Assembly (NCBI GenBank): GCA_964567205.1
Contig: CAZMKW010000001.1
Span: 1 to 48,832, forward strand
Source: an uncultured Candidatus Saccharibacteria bacterium
GTDB taxonomy: Bacteria > Patescibacteriota > Minisyncoccia > Minisyncoccales > Staskawiczbacteraceae
Reading direction: 5' to 3'
Length of the DNA: 48,832 nt
Below are positions 33,511-43,763 of the stretch, piece by piece. The translations under genes and the position numbers were made by a program. Each line of letters opens with the position of its first letter. Within the stretch, counting starts at the first letter, position 1. Below the pieces are notes generated by a model. That model worked only from the letters and a program-made list of their open reading frames with translations. It was not told the DNA's origin and did no database searches.

Positions 33511-35817
33511 TTATTTTTTGTACGGAGTGTTGACCCAAAGATACAAATTGTTTTCGCCATATACAGAATCGTCTCCGTACTTGCTTATCCTAATTTTGTA
33601 ATCGTTACCCGGCTCCAATCCAACAATCAGAGGCGTGCCGTACCAACCATTATTGGTGACTTTTTTTGCAATGGTTCGCAACAACTTCCCTGAACGATAG
33701 AGATCTATTTTAACATAAGGAATTTTCGGATTTCCCGCCGATGTCCATTCAATAGCAAACTCTCCCCAATTTCCTCCACTGGGAGGTGAAAATAGGATGG
33801 TTTTTTCCGGATTGGGCGAGATAACAGTAATAGATTGCTTCGGAGAAATGATGGGCGGAGAAGATTCCTGGTTAGTATTTCCGGATACAATACTAAAATA
33901 ATCGCTTTCATCTACAGCTGTGCTTGTATTGGAATTAATAAGATGAGTATAATTTGGGATATATCTGCAGCCAATGGCATAGTCATATATAGAATGCGCT
34001 GCTATAATAATTTTATATTTTCCTGGAGTAATATAAACGGGCGAATTTCTCTGGCCCGGCTCGAAAGTATCTAAAACGAAAGTAAATTGCCCAACGTCTG
34101 CCCGCACATCATAGTAATTCCCAGTATTATAATCTTGATTCTGCAGATACCACATTTTTCCTGATTCATCTGCTAGGATGATTTTAAAACCATCGGCTTC
34201 TGTTACCGGATTTTCCCACGTTTTAGTCGAGGGAATTTTTCTATCCATCCATCTAATAGTATATTTTTGCCCCAATTTCCATTCTTCCCCTCCACTGGGA
34301 TACAGTAGTTCTAAAAGTGGCTGCTCATGATCTGAGATAGTAAAGTAATTATCAGACTCATCTAATTTTTCCAAGCCCCACCGCCCTTCGTGGAGTTTAG
34401 TCATAAGATTATTGGGGTTGCTAAATTCATAGGGGCCGGGTAATCTAAACGCCCATACTTTATAAAGGCCCTTGCCAAAAGGAGCAAGTGTTCCTTCACA
34501 ATCCGAATTTTCAAATGGACTCAACTTCGGACTTATCGACCAACGCCACGACTTATTGGCAATTAGGACAAGCGAATTTTTAGAAAAAGTCATATTCTCG
34601 ATGCATTGAGGATTAGAATCGCCTTGAAAATTATATTTATATAGCTTAAATACAACCAAATCGGTACTAAACCCACGCGAATCCCATTTGATATCGTACG
34701 ATCCTCCTAAATGAAGTGTTTCTCCACCGTTTGGGTAAATAATATTTAAAAAATTTTCATAATTACAAGACACTATCTCTGAGGCTGGATGAGTTACTCC
34801 ACCCTTACAGTCCACCCCTCTTAAAGAACCGAAATAGGACTCGGGTGTTTTTCGATATGTCCACGCTCTAGTTTGCTGGCCGGAAGGAGGACACGTCACC
34901 GGACTCATAATTGAGGTCCAATTAAGTTCCGTACAGGGGGGGGCATATGTGCAAGATTGCGATAAAACCTGATTTCCGCTTGCACAACCGACAGGAAGGG
35001 AAGACTTTACAGTTCTTGTCTGGGTTCCGAAGGCAGAACAAACGCCCCAGTCAGAATAATTAAAGCTGGTGCAGGTTGCTATTTGAGGATTGCACGAAAC
35101 AATTTCTGAAGCGGGGTGGATTATTCCACCATCACAAGTTCCTATTTTTGTCCAAGTTCTAGTTTGTTGGCCAGAAGAAGGACAGGTTGATGGGTTTAAG
35201 GTTGAAATCCAATCACTCTCGGTACAATAAGAGTTATACGAACACGATTGATAAAGCACAGGGGTTCCACTAGTACAGCCGGGATAATAAGATGTGGGCA
35301 TTCTTGTTTGAACTCCGCTAGGTGAGCAAGCACTCCAGCTAGAATAATTAAAACTAGTGCAAGTTGTTGTCGTTTGGGTTGTTGGAGTTGTTTGCCCGCA
35401 TCCATACAGCGAATTCAACTTTTCTCTGGTTAACGGTCCAACATAACCGCTCTGGGGGGTAATTCCATATCTTGCCTGAAATTGAATAACGGCAGAAGAC
35501 GTGCCCTCATCATATGTGGTAGCGTTATCTAAACCATAAGAAATGTTTTGTTTTTGCAGGGCAGTATGCAGACTCACAACCTCGCTTGAACCAGAGTTTG
35601 CAAATCCTAAATTTTGATTGAATGTGTGACACCAGGTTTGCGTTGTGCCTTGCTGGGTAGCCAGCATCACTTGTAATTGGGCTGTTAATTGGGCGATTTG
35701 CGCCTGTATTTGAGCAATCAATGCTGAATTATCTACGGCTCGAGCTTCGACAAACCACGCAGAACAAAAAATTATTGACGCTAAAACGATCGATATTAAA
35801 AAATATTTTACTCTCAT
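33511..35817 (-). CDS. Large secreted protein: peptidoglycan-binding-like domain, duplicated Cys-rich TSP1-like modules, repeated beta-rich C-terminal domains
   Basis: Signal/TM segment at the N-terminus. A PG_binding_1-like segment follows (LHTALQK...IQFQARYGITPQSGYVGPLTREKL). Two module pairs then occur (TCTSFNYS[SD]W..CS..G.QTR and C..SGQQTR.W...C.GG..HPASEIVSCN). Three (Y)P.GGE/W-type repeats follow. Confidence 0.75.
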   Translation of the reverse strand: MRVKYFLISIVLASIIFCSAWFVEARAVDNSALIAQIQAQIAQLTAQLQVMLATQQGTTQTWCHTFNQNLGFANSGSSEVVSLHTALQKQNISYGLDNATTYDEGTSSAVIQFQARYGITPQSGYVGPLTREKLNSLYGCGQTTPTTQTTTTCTSFNYSSWSACSPSGVQTRMPTSYYPGCTSGTPVLYQSCSYNSYCTESDWISTLNPSTCPSSGQQTRTWTKIGTCDGGIIHPASEIVSCNPQIATCTSFNYSDWGVCSAFGTQTRTVKSSLPVGCASGNQVLSQSCTYAPPCTELNWTSIMSPVTCPPSGQQTRAWTYRKTPESYFGSLRGVDCKGGVTHPASEIVSCNYENFLNIIYPNGGETLHLGGSYDIKWDSRGFSTDLVVFKLYKYNFQGDSNPQCIENMTFSKNSLVLIANKSWRWSISPKLSPFENSDCEGTLAPFGKGLYKVWAFRLPGPYEFSNPNNLMTKLHEGRWGLEKLDESDNYFTISDHEQPLLELLYPSGGEEWKLGQKYTIRWMDRKIPSTKTWENPVTEADGFKIILADESGKMWYLQNQDYNTGNYYDVRADVGQFTFVLDTFEPGQRNSPVYITPGKYKIIIAAHSIYDYAIGCRYIPNYTHLINSNTSTAVDESDYFSIVSGNTNQESSPPIISPKQSITVISPNPEKTILFSPPSGGNWGEFAIEWTSAGNPKIPYVKIDLYRSGKLLRTIAKKVTNNGWYGTPLIVGLEPGNDYKIRISKYGDDSVYGENNLYLWVNTPYKK

Positions 35818-35892
35818 TTTTATGTTTTTAATTTTTAATAACTAATTTTGAAAATATTGTTAAATTATACTCTTTAAATACTAATTTTAAAG

Positions 35893-38418
35893 TTATGCGT
35901 TCGCTCCTTTTGGTTTCCAATAATGGAAATATATAAGCTTTGTAGCCTCACTTAATGCGCCGTAAGACGCAAGCAGGCCGAAAACTATTATTAAGGGTAT
36001 TGCGGGTGGAGCTACAAAGTGAAACCACTGCTGGCCAAAAAAGAAAAACGGTAAAAGTATTATAAATACGCCGTCTATTATAGAAAGTATCGTCAGCAAA
36101 GATCCGGGTTTCTTTGCTTTCCAAAAAGGGTGCCTTGTCCTGATTATAAATATAAAAAGAAGCTCCGATAAAACGCTTTCTATAAACCACAACGTTTGGA
36201 TTGTAGCGTGAGGTTGTTTATAAAAAATTGAAAAGAAAATAAAGTCGAAAACGGTGCTAATTAAAGCCAACATCATGATCAATGGCAGAACAGAGCTTAA
36301 TTGATACATCTTCGGTTTTTTTAACTCCTCTATATCGACAGAGTCTGTGGCAACGGATATTAAAGGAAAATCAGAAAAAAGATTTGCCAGTAAAATCTGA
36401 ACCGGAAGCATGGGCAAATAATTAATAAATAGAGAAATCACGGCGATTGAATAAAAATTTCCAAAATTACTGGCAAGCGTGCATTTTATATATTTGTTGA
36501 TATTAGAATAAATTTGCCTGCCATACTTAATTCCCTCAATAATTACTTTTAGGTCTTTTTTTAATAAAACAACATCTGAGACTTCACGAGAAACGTCGGA
36601 AGCCGACTGAACCACAATTGCAGCATCAGCGACTTTTAGCGCAGGGGCGTCATTAATCCCCTCTCCCAAAAATCCAACCGCATATTTTTTCTGCAAAGAT
36701 TTTACTATTTTATATTTTAATTGCGGAGATATTCTGGCAAAAACAGATCCGTTGTTACAGGCGTCATCAAATTCTTCTACTGTCATTTTTTCTAAATCTT
36801 CCGCCGAAAAAACATCCGACGGATTGTTTATCAGTTTAATCTTGCTTGCCACATACCCTGCAACTTCTTTTGAGTCTCCTGTAATAACTTTTATTTTAAC
36901 CCCCAACTTTTTAGCCAAATTTATAGCTTCGGCCGTGCTCTTTTTTAGGGGATCTTCAAAAACAAAATACCCAAGAAAGGTAAGCCCTTTTTCGTCATTA
37001 GAAGTTATAATATCTTTTGGTATTTTTTTAAAAGCAATTGCCAGCACTCTTTTTCCGTCCTGCCCTTCTTTCCGAGTATCTTCTTTAATCTCCTTTTTCG
37101 CGGCTTTGTAGCTTACCTTTGAACATAATTCCAGAAGAACCTCCGGGGCACCCTTTACAATCAAAAATTTATTTCCATTCTTATCTTTTATCACAAACCC
37201 AGACCTCATCCTCTCAGAATCAAAGGGAAGCTCAAAAATTGTTTCATATTTTTTATATTCGTGCCAAAAATTTTCCGGAGACTTTTCAAATAGCGCCAGA
37301 TCAAACGGATTTAAAATAGATTCTTTGCGGTCGTTTACATCAGAACTTAAAAGCCCATACAATAAACATTTTCTTTTATCAGAAGAAATAATTTTTTCCA
37401 AGGAAAGTTTGTTTTCGGTTAAAGTCCCTGTTTTATCCGTGCATAAAACTTCTATATTTCCCAAATCCTCAATAGCAGTAAGACGGCGCACAACAACGTG
37501 TTGCTTTGCCATTTGCAAACTTCCCTTTGATAAAGCGAAAGTGACTACGGCTGGCAGGGCTTCGGGTAGAATACTAACCACTAAAGCAACTGCAAAAAGA
37601 AGAAACTCAAAAAAATTGCCGAAACCCTTTATTAGGAGATTCGCGGCAAATAATAGCACCATCGTTACCAGCACTATCTTTAATACAAGCTTGCAGAAAT
37701 AAATTATACTTTTTTCGTAAGACGATTCTCTTGTGCCCGAAGAAACCATTTTAGCTATCTCGCCAAAAGCCGTGTCTTTGCCCGTTCCTATTACAACAGC
37801 CTGCGCTCTCCCCGAAATGACAGACGTACCCGAAAAAAGTATATTTTTTGCTTTAAAAATTTCGTCTGTGCTTTGGCTCAAGGCTTCAGAAACTTTAGCC
37901 ACGGGGACAGATTCACCGGTTAAAGCCGACTCATCTATTAAAAAATTTTCCGTGCTTACAATCCTTAGGTCCGCAGGTACCTTGTCGCCTGATTCCAATA
38001 AAACCATATCGCCGGGCACAACATCTTTTTTGTCAATAATTATTTCTGCGCCATATCTTAAAACTTTTACATTTTGCGGAACAAATTTACGTAAAAGATA
38101 AATAGCCCTCTCAGCCTTATATTCTTGAAAAAAACCAATGGCAATATTTAAAACAACGACGACGACTATAACTATAAAATCGGTTTTTTCGCCTATAAAA
38201 AACGATATTATGGCTGCAGCGAAAAGAAGATAAGTAAATGGAGATTTTAATTGCCGTAAAAAAACCTGAAAAACAGTGACGCTTTTTGATTTTATCTCGT
38301 TTAATCCGTAATTTTCACGGCGCAAAATCGCCTCTTTTTTAGAAAGTCCGTCTTTAGAGGCGCTCAGGGATTCTAATGCCTCTTCTACGCTTTTTATAGT
38401 GTAATGAGAAAAAGCCAT
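35893..38418 (-). CDS. Cation-translocating P-type ATPase (P2/P3-like, Ca2+/Mg2+ type)
   Basis: Contains TGES, PEALPAVV (TM4), CTDKTGTLTEN, and the hinge GEGINDAPALK (E in place of the usual first D). Confidence 0.92.
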   Translation of the reverse strand: MAFSHYTIKSVEEALESLSASKDGLSKKEAILRRENYGLNEIKSKSVTVFQVFLRQLKSPFTYLLFAAAIISFFIGEKTDFIVIVVVVVLNIAIGFFQEYKAERAIYLLRKFVPQNVKVLRYGAEIIIDKKDVVPGDMVLLESGDKVPADLRIVSTENFLIDESALTGESVPVAKVSEALSQSTDEIFKAKNILFSGTSVISGRAQAVVIGTGKDTAFGEIAKMVSSGTRESSYEKSIIYFCKLVLKIVLVTMVLLFAANLLIKGFGNFFEFLLFAVALVVSILPEALPAVVTFALSKGSLQMAKQHVVVRRLTAIEDLGNIEVLCTDKTGTLTENKLSLEKIISSDKRKCLLYGLLSSDVNDRKESILNPFDLALFEKSPENFWHEYKKYETIFELPFDSERMRSGFVIKDKNGNKFLIVKGAPEVLLELCSKVSYKAAKKEIKEDTRKEGQDGKRVLAIAFKKIPKDIITSNDEKGLTFLGYFVFEDPLKKSTAEAINLAKKLGVKIKVITGDSKEVAGYVASKIKLINNPSDVFSAEDLEKMTVEEFDDACNNGSVFARISPQLKYKIVKSLQKKYAVGFLGEGINDAPALKVADAAIVVQSASDVSREVSDVVLLKKDLKVIIEGIKYGRQIYSNINKYIKCTLASNFGNFYSIAVISLFINYLPMLPVQILLANLFSDFPLISVATDSVDIEELKKPKMYQLSSVLPLIMMLALISTVFDFIFFSIFYKQPHATIQTLWFIESVLSELLFIFIIRTRHPFWKAKKPGSLLTILSIIDGVFIILLPFFFFGQQWFHFVAPPAIPLIIVFGLLASYGALSEATKLIYFHYWKPKGANA

Positions 38419-38426
38419 TACTTAAA

Positions 38427-39401
38427 TTATCTTAAGAGATACGGTAAAAAAATTTCTGTTAAAAGAAATGCCACATATAGAAACAGCAAGAACAAACCCT
38501 CCTTTTTGGTAATTTTTTTGCCGGTTTTAATTACAACAATAAAGAAAACCGCAGCAATGATCATAAATGCTCTGGCGATTAGAAACGGCGAAAAATCATC
38601 TATTGTGAACGGAGAAATAATAGCAACTATTCCCAAAACTAAAGTAGCGCAAACAATTATAGAGCCCATCAAATCCCCCAGAATCATATACCCCTCTTCA
38701 TTTTTTGCGGAAACAATTGAAAAATAGGTTTCGGGAAAACAGTTTGCTAAACCGACTATCAAAACTCCCACCAGCGAAAGCGAAATCCCCAGTTGCGCAG
38801 AAAAATACTGTGCCGACATAATTACAATCTGTGAAGTGCCCAAAAGTAGCAAGAGCAATACGACCATCTTTATTAAATTTTTAAAAAAACCTGAAAAACC
38901 CTGAACTGCTTTTTGTGGCCTTCCAGCGTATCCCTTTTTAAATCTTTTACTTTTAGAAAAGAGCCAGACCACATAAAAAATAAAAGACGCAATTAATATA
39001 ATTCCATCTGTCCAATCTAGTCGTCTGTCCCAAATTAAAAGGAGAGGAAGAACTGCGATTACAGAAGTAAATATGGCGCTGGTCTGAATCATTCTACTGT
39101 TTGCCTCTATGGGGCCCTTGTTCATAAATATGGCAATTGCCATCACTATGGTAAGGTCAACCAAATTTCCTCCTAAAATATCTCCAAAAGCCAGATTCGG
39201 AAGTCCGTGTAAGGCCGCATTTATGTCTATAAATAAATTTGGTAAAGAGCCTGCAATAGACATTACAAAAAATGCGACTATGAACTCTCTCCAATGTAAA
39301 TATTTTGCCATGCCGACCAGGGACTTTACCATGTGCGAACTAAGCCAGGCTAAAACAAATATGGATACTAAAAATAAAAAAATAACAATATAAAAAGCCA
39401 T
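38427..39401 (-). CDS. CaCA-family (Na+/Ca2+ exchanger-like, YrbG-type) membrane protein
   Basis: Two alpha-repeat-like segments (GDILGGNLVDLTIVMAI and LGDLMGSIIVCATLVLGI) in a 324-aa polytopic protein. Confidence 0.72.
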   Translation of the reverse strand: MAFYIVIFLFLVSIFVLAWLSSHMVKSLVGMAKYLHWREFIVAFFVMSIAGSLPNLFIDINAALHGLPNLAFGDILGGNLVDLTIVMAIAIFMNKGPIEANSRMIQTSAIFTSVIAVLPLLLIWDRRLDWTDGIILIASFIFYVVWLFSKSKRFKKGYAGRPQKAVQGFSGFFKNLIKMVVLLLLLLGTSQIVIMSAQYFSAQLGISLSLVGVLIVGLANCFPETYFSIVSAKNEEGYMILGDLMGSIIVCATLVLGIVAIISPFTIDDFSPFLIARAFMIIAAVFFIVVIKTGKKITKKEGLFLLFLYVAFLLTEIFLPYLLR

Positions 39402-39410
39402 AAATAAATT

Positions 39411-40532
39411 TTATCTAATAAAATATATTATTTCGTAAATTAACCCAAACAAAAAAACTAAAGACAAGGGATAAATTATTATGTTTTTGCCTCCGATTTT
39501 TTTATACATCAATAAAATTAAAATTCCATCAAGCCCCACTAAAACTCCACCCGTTAAAGACAATAACGGTATAAAAGATTTTACCCCCAGCAAAAGAAGT
39601 ATAAACGGAGTAAAACAGGTAATCACAAATGCGTGGTTGCGCTTAATTTTTAAATCGAACATTAAGGTTTTTTTAAGTATAATCCCCTGCGCGATGAAAG
39701 CTGTGAAGGTTGCCATAACTCCAAAAAAAAGCGAGATCGAAACCAATAAATTTGGCAAAAAACCGATGAGTCCGGCAAGGGCAGTTTCCTGGGTTTGCCT
39801 CCCGGTTATACCTAAAATTAAAAAGGTGAACAGAAGATAAAAAACAGAAACCAATACAGTAGATATTGTTATTATTTTTTTAAGATTTTGTTTCTTTGCA
39901 GAAATCATTTCTTCTACCTCCGGCACCAATCCTATCCCCCAAAGAGCAAACAACAAAGCTCCGTAAGGCAAAAATAAATTATTTATGAAATCCGGACTAG
40001 AGATAAAAATATTACTTAACTTTATTCGCGAAAACCCTTCTATAAATACAAAAAACAGAGAAACAAAAAGAAGCGTTATTCCCAAAAACGTCGCCTTAGA
40101 AATTACTCTTATGTCAAAATACAATACTGTGGATGCAACAATAAAATAAATTAAAGTATAAATTAGAATATTTCCCGAAAATATCGGCTGAAATATGGTC
40201 GTTAGAAATTGCCCACCAACAATTAGATAAACCAAAAGTGTTATAAAAATCCCGAAAACAACTGAAGCCATAGCCATCACCCAACCCCATCTTCCCAAAT
40301 AGTGTCCGGCAAATCCTGGAAATCTTTTAAAGTCTGGGGTTTTTAAACTTATCTGACAAAAAATTAAACTGATTATGACAAGCAGGGCCGTAATAATTAA
40401 AAAATACAAAAGCATCAACCAGATACCTGTTTTCATAGCGATATATGGCAAGGCCAAAAAACCAACCCCAACCATTCCTCCAGCATAAACAGCAATCGGA
40501 TAAATATAGTGCTTAAATAAATCTTTTAGCAT
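39411..40532 (-). CDS. Polytopic transporter, amino-acid permease-like (Aa_trans/Trp_Tyr_perm-like)
   Basis: 373 aa with about 11 hydrophobic helices. The N-terminal pattern AGGMVGVGFLALPYI is typical of that superfamily. Family-level guess only. Confidence 0.5.
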   Translation of the reverse strand: MLKDLFKHYIYPIAVYAGGMVGVGFLALPYIAMKTGIWLMLLYFLIITALLVIISLIFCQISLKTPDFKRFPGFAGHYLGRWGWVMAMASVVFGIFITLLVYLIVGGQFLTTIFQPIFSGNILIYTLIYFIVASTVLYFDIRVISKATFLGITLLFVSLFFVFIEGFSRIKLSNIFISSPDFINNLFLPYGALLFALWGIGLVPEVEEMISAKKQNLKKIITISTVLVSVFYLLFTFLILGITGRQTQETALAGLIGFLPNLLVSISLFFGVMATFTAFIAQGIILKKTLMFDLKIKRNHAFVITCFTPFILLLLGVKSFIPLLSLTGGVLVGLDGILILLMYKKIGGKNIIIYPLSLVFLFGLIYEIIYFIR

Positions 40533-40632
40533 GTTCCCCTATTTTACTACAAAATCAGCGTTGCTGGTATGGGGATAACTAAAAAATTAAAATAGACAAA
40601 AACAAAAATTTATGGTAAATATATTATAGATT

Positions 40633-40710
40633 GGTCCCATCGTATAGCCTGGTCTAGTACGCATGGTTCTCATCCATGTAACATCGGTTCAAATCCGATT
40701 GGGACCGCCA
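40633..40710 (+). tRNA. tRNA-Glu (anticodon CTC) with encoded CCA
   Basis: GGTCCCA acceptor, GTAT/GTAC D stem, CATGG-TTCTCAT-CCATG anticodon arm, ATCGG-TTCAAAT-CCGAT T arm, TGGGACC, then G and CCA. Confidence 0.93.
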
Positions 40711-40717
40711 TACCAAA

Positions 40718-40744
40718 TAAAAAACCGCCATTAGGCGGTTTTTT
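40718..40744. terminator. Bidirectional terminator shared by tRNA-Glu (+) and ftsI (-)
   Basis: AAAACCGCC-ATTA-GGCGGTTTT flanked by A and T tracts. Confidence 0.75.
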
Positions 40745-42485
40745 ATTTGGAGTTTATATCGTAGTCAGGTGGAATCTGCCAATAGTTTATAATATATTGC
40801 GCAAGCTCTTTAAAAACAGGAACCGCTGAAAGAGATGATTTTGGAACTTTAGGATTGTCTAACTTTACTAATATTAAAAACTGCGGATTAAACGCAGGGC
40901 CATAGCCCACAAAGCTCTGTATTGTTTTATCGGGTTCGTATCCTTTTCCTGTTTTTAACGGAATCTGGGCTGTGCCAGTTTTTCCAGCTAAATAATATCC
41001 CGGAATTTTTGCAACACTATTAAAACCCTTATCAACAACATTAACAAGCATTGCGTTTAATTGCGCAATTGTTTGCTTGGAAACGATTTGATCGGAAATT
41101 TCCGGCCTTGTATAAACCTCGTCTCCGCCGTTAACGATTTTTTCAACTATATATGGCTTCACTAATTTTCCGCCGTTAGCTATCGCGCAAAACCCCCTGG
41201 CAATTTGTATCGGGGTCAACTCAATTCCTTGTCCAAAAGAGGCTGTTGCGTAATTCATGTCTGGACCGTTTTTCAAGCTTTCGTTGCGAGAATACGCCTC
41301 TGCCTGCAAATCAACTCCTGTTTTATAAACAAAACCAAATTTATCTATATAATTAAAAAATACATCGTGGCTAATTTGCTGTTCTGCAAAAACGGCTCCC
41401 GTGTTAATTGAGTTTTCTAAAACCTGAGTCATTGTCTGTTTGCCATAAATTTCGTTGGCAAAATTATGAATTGATTTTGTGCCAAAGGTTACAACGCCCG
41501 TATCCACATAAGTTGTGTCGGGAGTTATTTTCCCCTCATTTATGGCAGCCGCCATTGTAAACGGCTTCATTATGGAACCCGGCTCAAAAAGTTTTTGCGT
41601 TGCAGAATTCTGGAAAATCACCAAATCCTTTTCTTTTGAATATTCGTTTGGATTAAAATCGGGAAAATTTGCCAAAGCTATAATTTTTCCCGTATCCGGC
41701 TTTAAAACAATTATCTGACCGGAATCTATATCATTTTTCTTTTGCTCTTGTCTTAATAAAGTTTCTGCTTGAAATTGTATATTATAGTCGATTGTTAAAT
41801 AAATATCTGAACCATCCAATGATATTTGTTTATCAGCTGAAAAAATAGACTCTAATCCTGATTTTTCCTGCTGTATCCCTGACTTACCCTTTAAAATATC
41901 TTCATAGTATCCCTCTACTCCATACTGCCCCGCACCAGCTCCTCCTAAAAATCCCAAGGTTTGTGAAAGCATTTCGCCTTGCGGATAAAATCTATCCGGT
42001 ATGTTTTCCCAAGACAACCCCTTAAGATTTAGTTCTTTGATTTTATCTAATTCTTCAGAAGATAAGTTTTTTTCTATAGCAACATAAGAATCCTGGCTGT
42101 TCAGTTTTGCCAGTATTTGTTCGGAGGATAACCCAATAGCCGTTCCCGGTAGCTGACCAAGGGCTTCGCTTAAAATTTTAGCGAATAATTCTTTATCAGG
42201 AATATCGTTCGGATTCGCGGAAATTGTCCACTTGTTTCTGTTTATCGCCAAACTCTTAACTTCACCAGAAGACCCGTTACCCTTGCTTTTTTGGCTGTTC
42301 TCACAAAAAATTTGCCCCCTTAAACCGGTGACCCTGCTAAAGTCCATTTGTTGTCCAAGCGCCTGTGCTTGGAAAAGTTTGCGCTCTAAAATCTGCAAAA
42401 CAAATAGGCGGCTAATAATAGCTGCCCCAAAAATGATAATAAACGCTAGGACTATGCCTGTTCTCCAATTAGAGAGCTTCTTCAT
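40743..42485 (-). CDS. ftsI: Penicillin-binding protein 2/FtsI-type peptidoglycan D,D-transpeptidase
   Basis: N-terminal TM segment, SxxK (GSIMKPFT), SxN (NSINTG), KTGTAQ. Confidence 0.9.
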   Translation of the reverse strand: MKKLSNWRTGIVLAFIIIFGAAIISRLFVLQILERKLFQAQALGQQMDFSRVTGLRGQIFCENSQKSKGNGSSGEVKSLAINRNKWTISANPNDIPDKELFAKILSEALGQLPGTAIGLSSEQILAKLNSQDSYVAIEKNLSSEELDKIKELNLKGLSWENIPDRFYPQGEMLSQTLGFLGGAGAGQYGVEGYYEDILKGKSGIQQEKSGLESIFSADKQISLDGSDIYLTIDYNIQFQAETLLRQEQKKNDIDSGQIIVLKPDTGKIIALANFPDFNPNEYSKEKDLVIFQNSATQKLFEPGSIMKPFTMAAAINEGKITPDTTYVDTGVVTFGTKSIHNFANEIYGKQTMTQVLENSINTGAVFAEQQISHDVFFNYIDKFGFVYKTGVDLQAEAYSRNESLKNGPDMNYATASFGQGIELTPIQIARGFCAIANGGKLVKPYIVEKIVNGGDEVYTRPEISDQIVSKQTIAQLNAMLVNVVDKGFNSVAKIPGYYLAGKTGTAQIPLKTGKGYEPDKTIQSFVGYGPAFNPQFLILVKLDNPKVPKSSLSAVPVFKELAQYIINYWQIPPDYDINSK

Positions 42486-42862
42486 CTTTTGGCTTCTAAG
42501 TTAAATCCTAATTCCGGCGCGGGATTTTTAATTTGTATATATTTAACCGAGGTAGTCTTTTGAAAATTTAGTGCTTTTATTTTTGTTAGAGCCTGGCCCA
42601 AAAAACTGCTTTCTGCAAACGACACCTGTAAGTTTTTGTTTTTTTCTGAAAGCTGGTTAATTTGCCTTTCGTAGTCGCTTATTATATAAGATCCGCGAGT
42701 CAAATCATTTATCTGCCAGGCGTAAAAAACCAACAAAACCGATGCGATAAAAAAACCTACAAATGTAATTGCTTTCCAATTAACCACAGGAATATCTATA
42801 GAGTCCACTTTTTCCTGTATATTTTTTTGTACCTTATAATAATTCAGTGCTATTGTTGTCAT
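42482..42862 (-). CDS. ftsL: FtsL-like division protein (single TM plus coiled coil)
   Basis: Positioned between rsmH and ftsI with 4-nt overlaps on both sides. It has a TM segment followed by a heptad-like region. Confidence 0.55.
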   Translation of the reverse strand: MTTIALNYYKVQKNIQEKVDSIDIPVVNWKAITFVGFFIASVLLVFYAWQINDLTRGSYIISDYERQINQLSEKNKNLQVSFAESSFLGQALTKIKALNFQKTTSVKYIQIKNPAPELGFNLEAKR

Positions 42863-43758
42863 AACTTTATTGCCACTCTCAGCTTCGCAGATCTTGATCG
42901 GGGATTTTTCCCAAGCTCATCTCTGCCTGCCGTTATTGGTTTTTTGGTTAATATTTTTATTACTCCTTCTTTGGCTTTTTTATTAAAAAATTCCTTGATA
43001 ATTCTGTCTTCTAAAGAGTGAAAGGATATTACTGCTATCCTGCCATCGGGCGCCATTTTGGAAATTACTTGTGGTAAAACTTTTTTAATATTTTCCAATT
43101 CGTCGTTAACCGCGATTCTTAAGGCCTGAAATGTCCTTGTCGCATAATGAATTCGGGGTACCCTTCGGGTCGTCCAATACGCCGATGGTGTCGCGTCTTT
43201 TACTATTTCTATTAATTGGAATGTGGTTTTAATTCTGCCAAGCTTGCGCTGTTCTATAATATTTTTTGCGATTTTTTTTGCAAACTTTTCTTCTCCGTAA
43301 TTTTGTAAAATTTTTGCGATCTCATCTTCTGACCACTCGTTAACAATTTTATCTGCCGTTAAATAATTCGTTTCGTCGCTATATCTCATATCCAATCCTT
43401 GATCTACTTTAAAAGAAAATCCTTTTTGTGTTCCTTCCAGTTGCGCCGATGACATCCCCAAATCCAGCAAAACCCCATTAATTGGTCCGAAATTTTTTCT
43501 TTCAATAATTTCTGTAAAGTTTGCGTAAGAATCTCTGACAAGAATTATCCTGTCGCTAAATTGAACCTGCAACCACTGGCTGGACGCAATTTGGTGAGAG
43601 TCTAAATCAATTCCCAAAACTTTTCCGACCGGTCCGTTTCTTTTTAAAATTTCTTCTGTGTGTCCCCCTTCGCCCACAGTACAATCCACAAAATTTTCGT
43701 TTGACTTCGGGTCTAAATATTCTAAAACTTCTTTTTTAAGAACTGCTGTATGAATCAT
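42859..43758 (-). CDS. rsmH: 16S rRNA (cytosine1402-N4)-methyltransferase
   Basis: Starts MIHTAVLKKEVLEYL, with DCTVGEGGH, GVLLDLGMSS and SFHSLEDR. Confidence 0.95.
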   Translation of the reverse strand: MIHTAVLKKEVLEYLDPKSNENFVDCTVGEGGHTEEILKRNGPVGKVLGIDLDSHQIASSQWLQVQFSDRIILVRDSYANFTEIIERKNFGPINGVLLDLGMSSAQLEGTQKGFSFKVDQGLDMRYSDETNYLTADKIVNEWSEDEIAKILQNYGEEKFAKKIAKNIIEQRKLGRIKTTFQLIEIVKDATPSAYWTTRRVPRIHYATRTFQALRIAVNDELENIKKVLPQVISKMAPDGRIAVISFHSLEDRIIKEFFNKKAKEGVIKILTKKPITAGRDELGKNPRSRSAKLRVAIKL

Positions 43759-43763
43759 AATTG

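Noticed and set aside
34767-35367. The repeat pair in the large surface protein as a DGR template/variable-region pair
   Set aside because: No reverse transcriptase is nearby. Both copies are in frame within one gene, and their differences are not concentrated at adenines.
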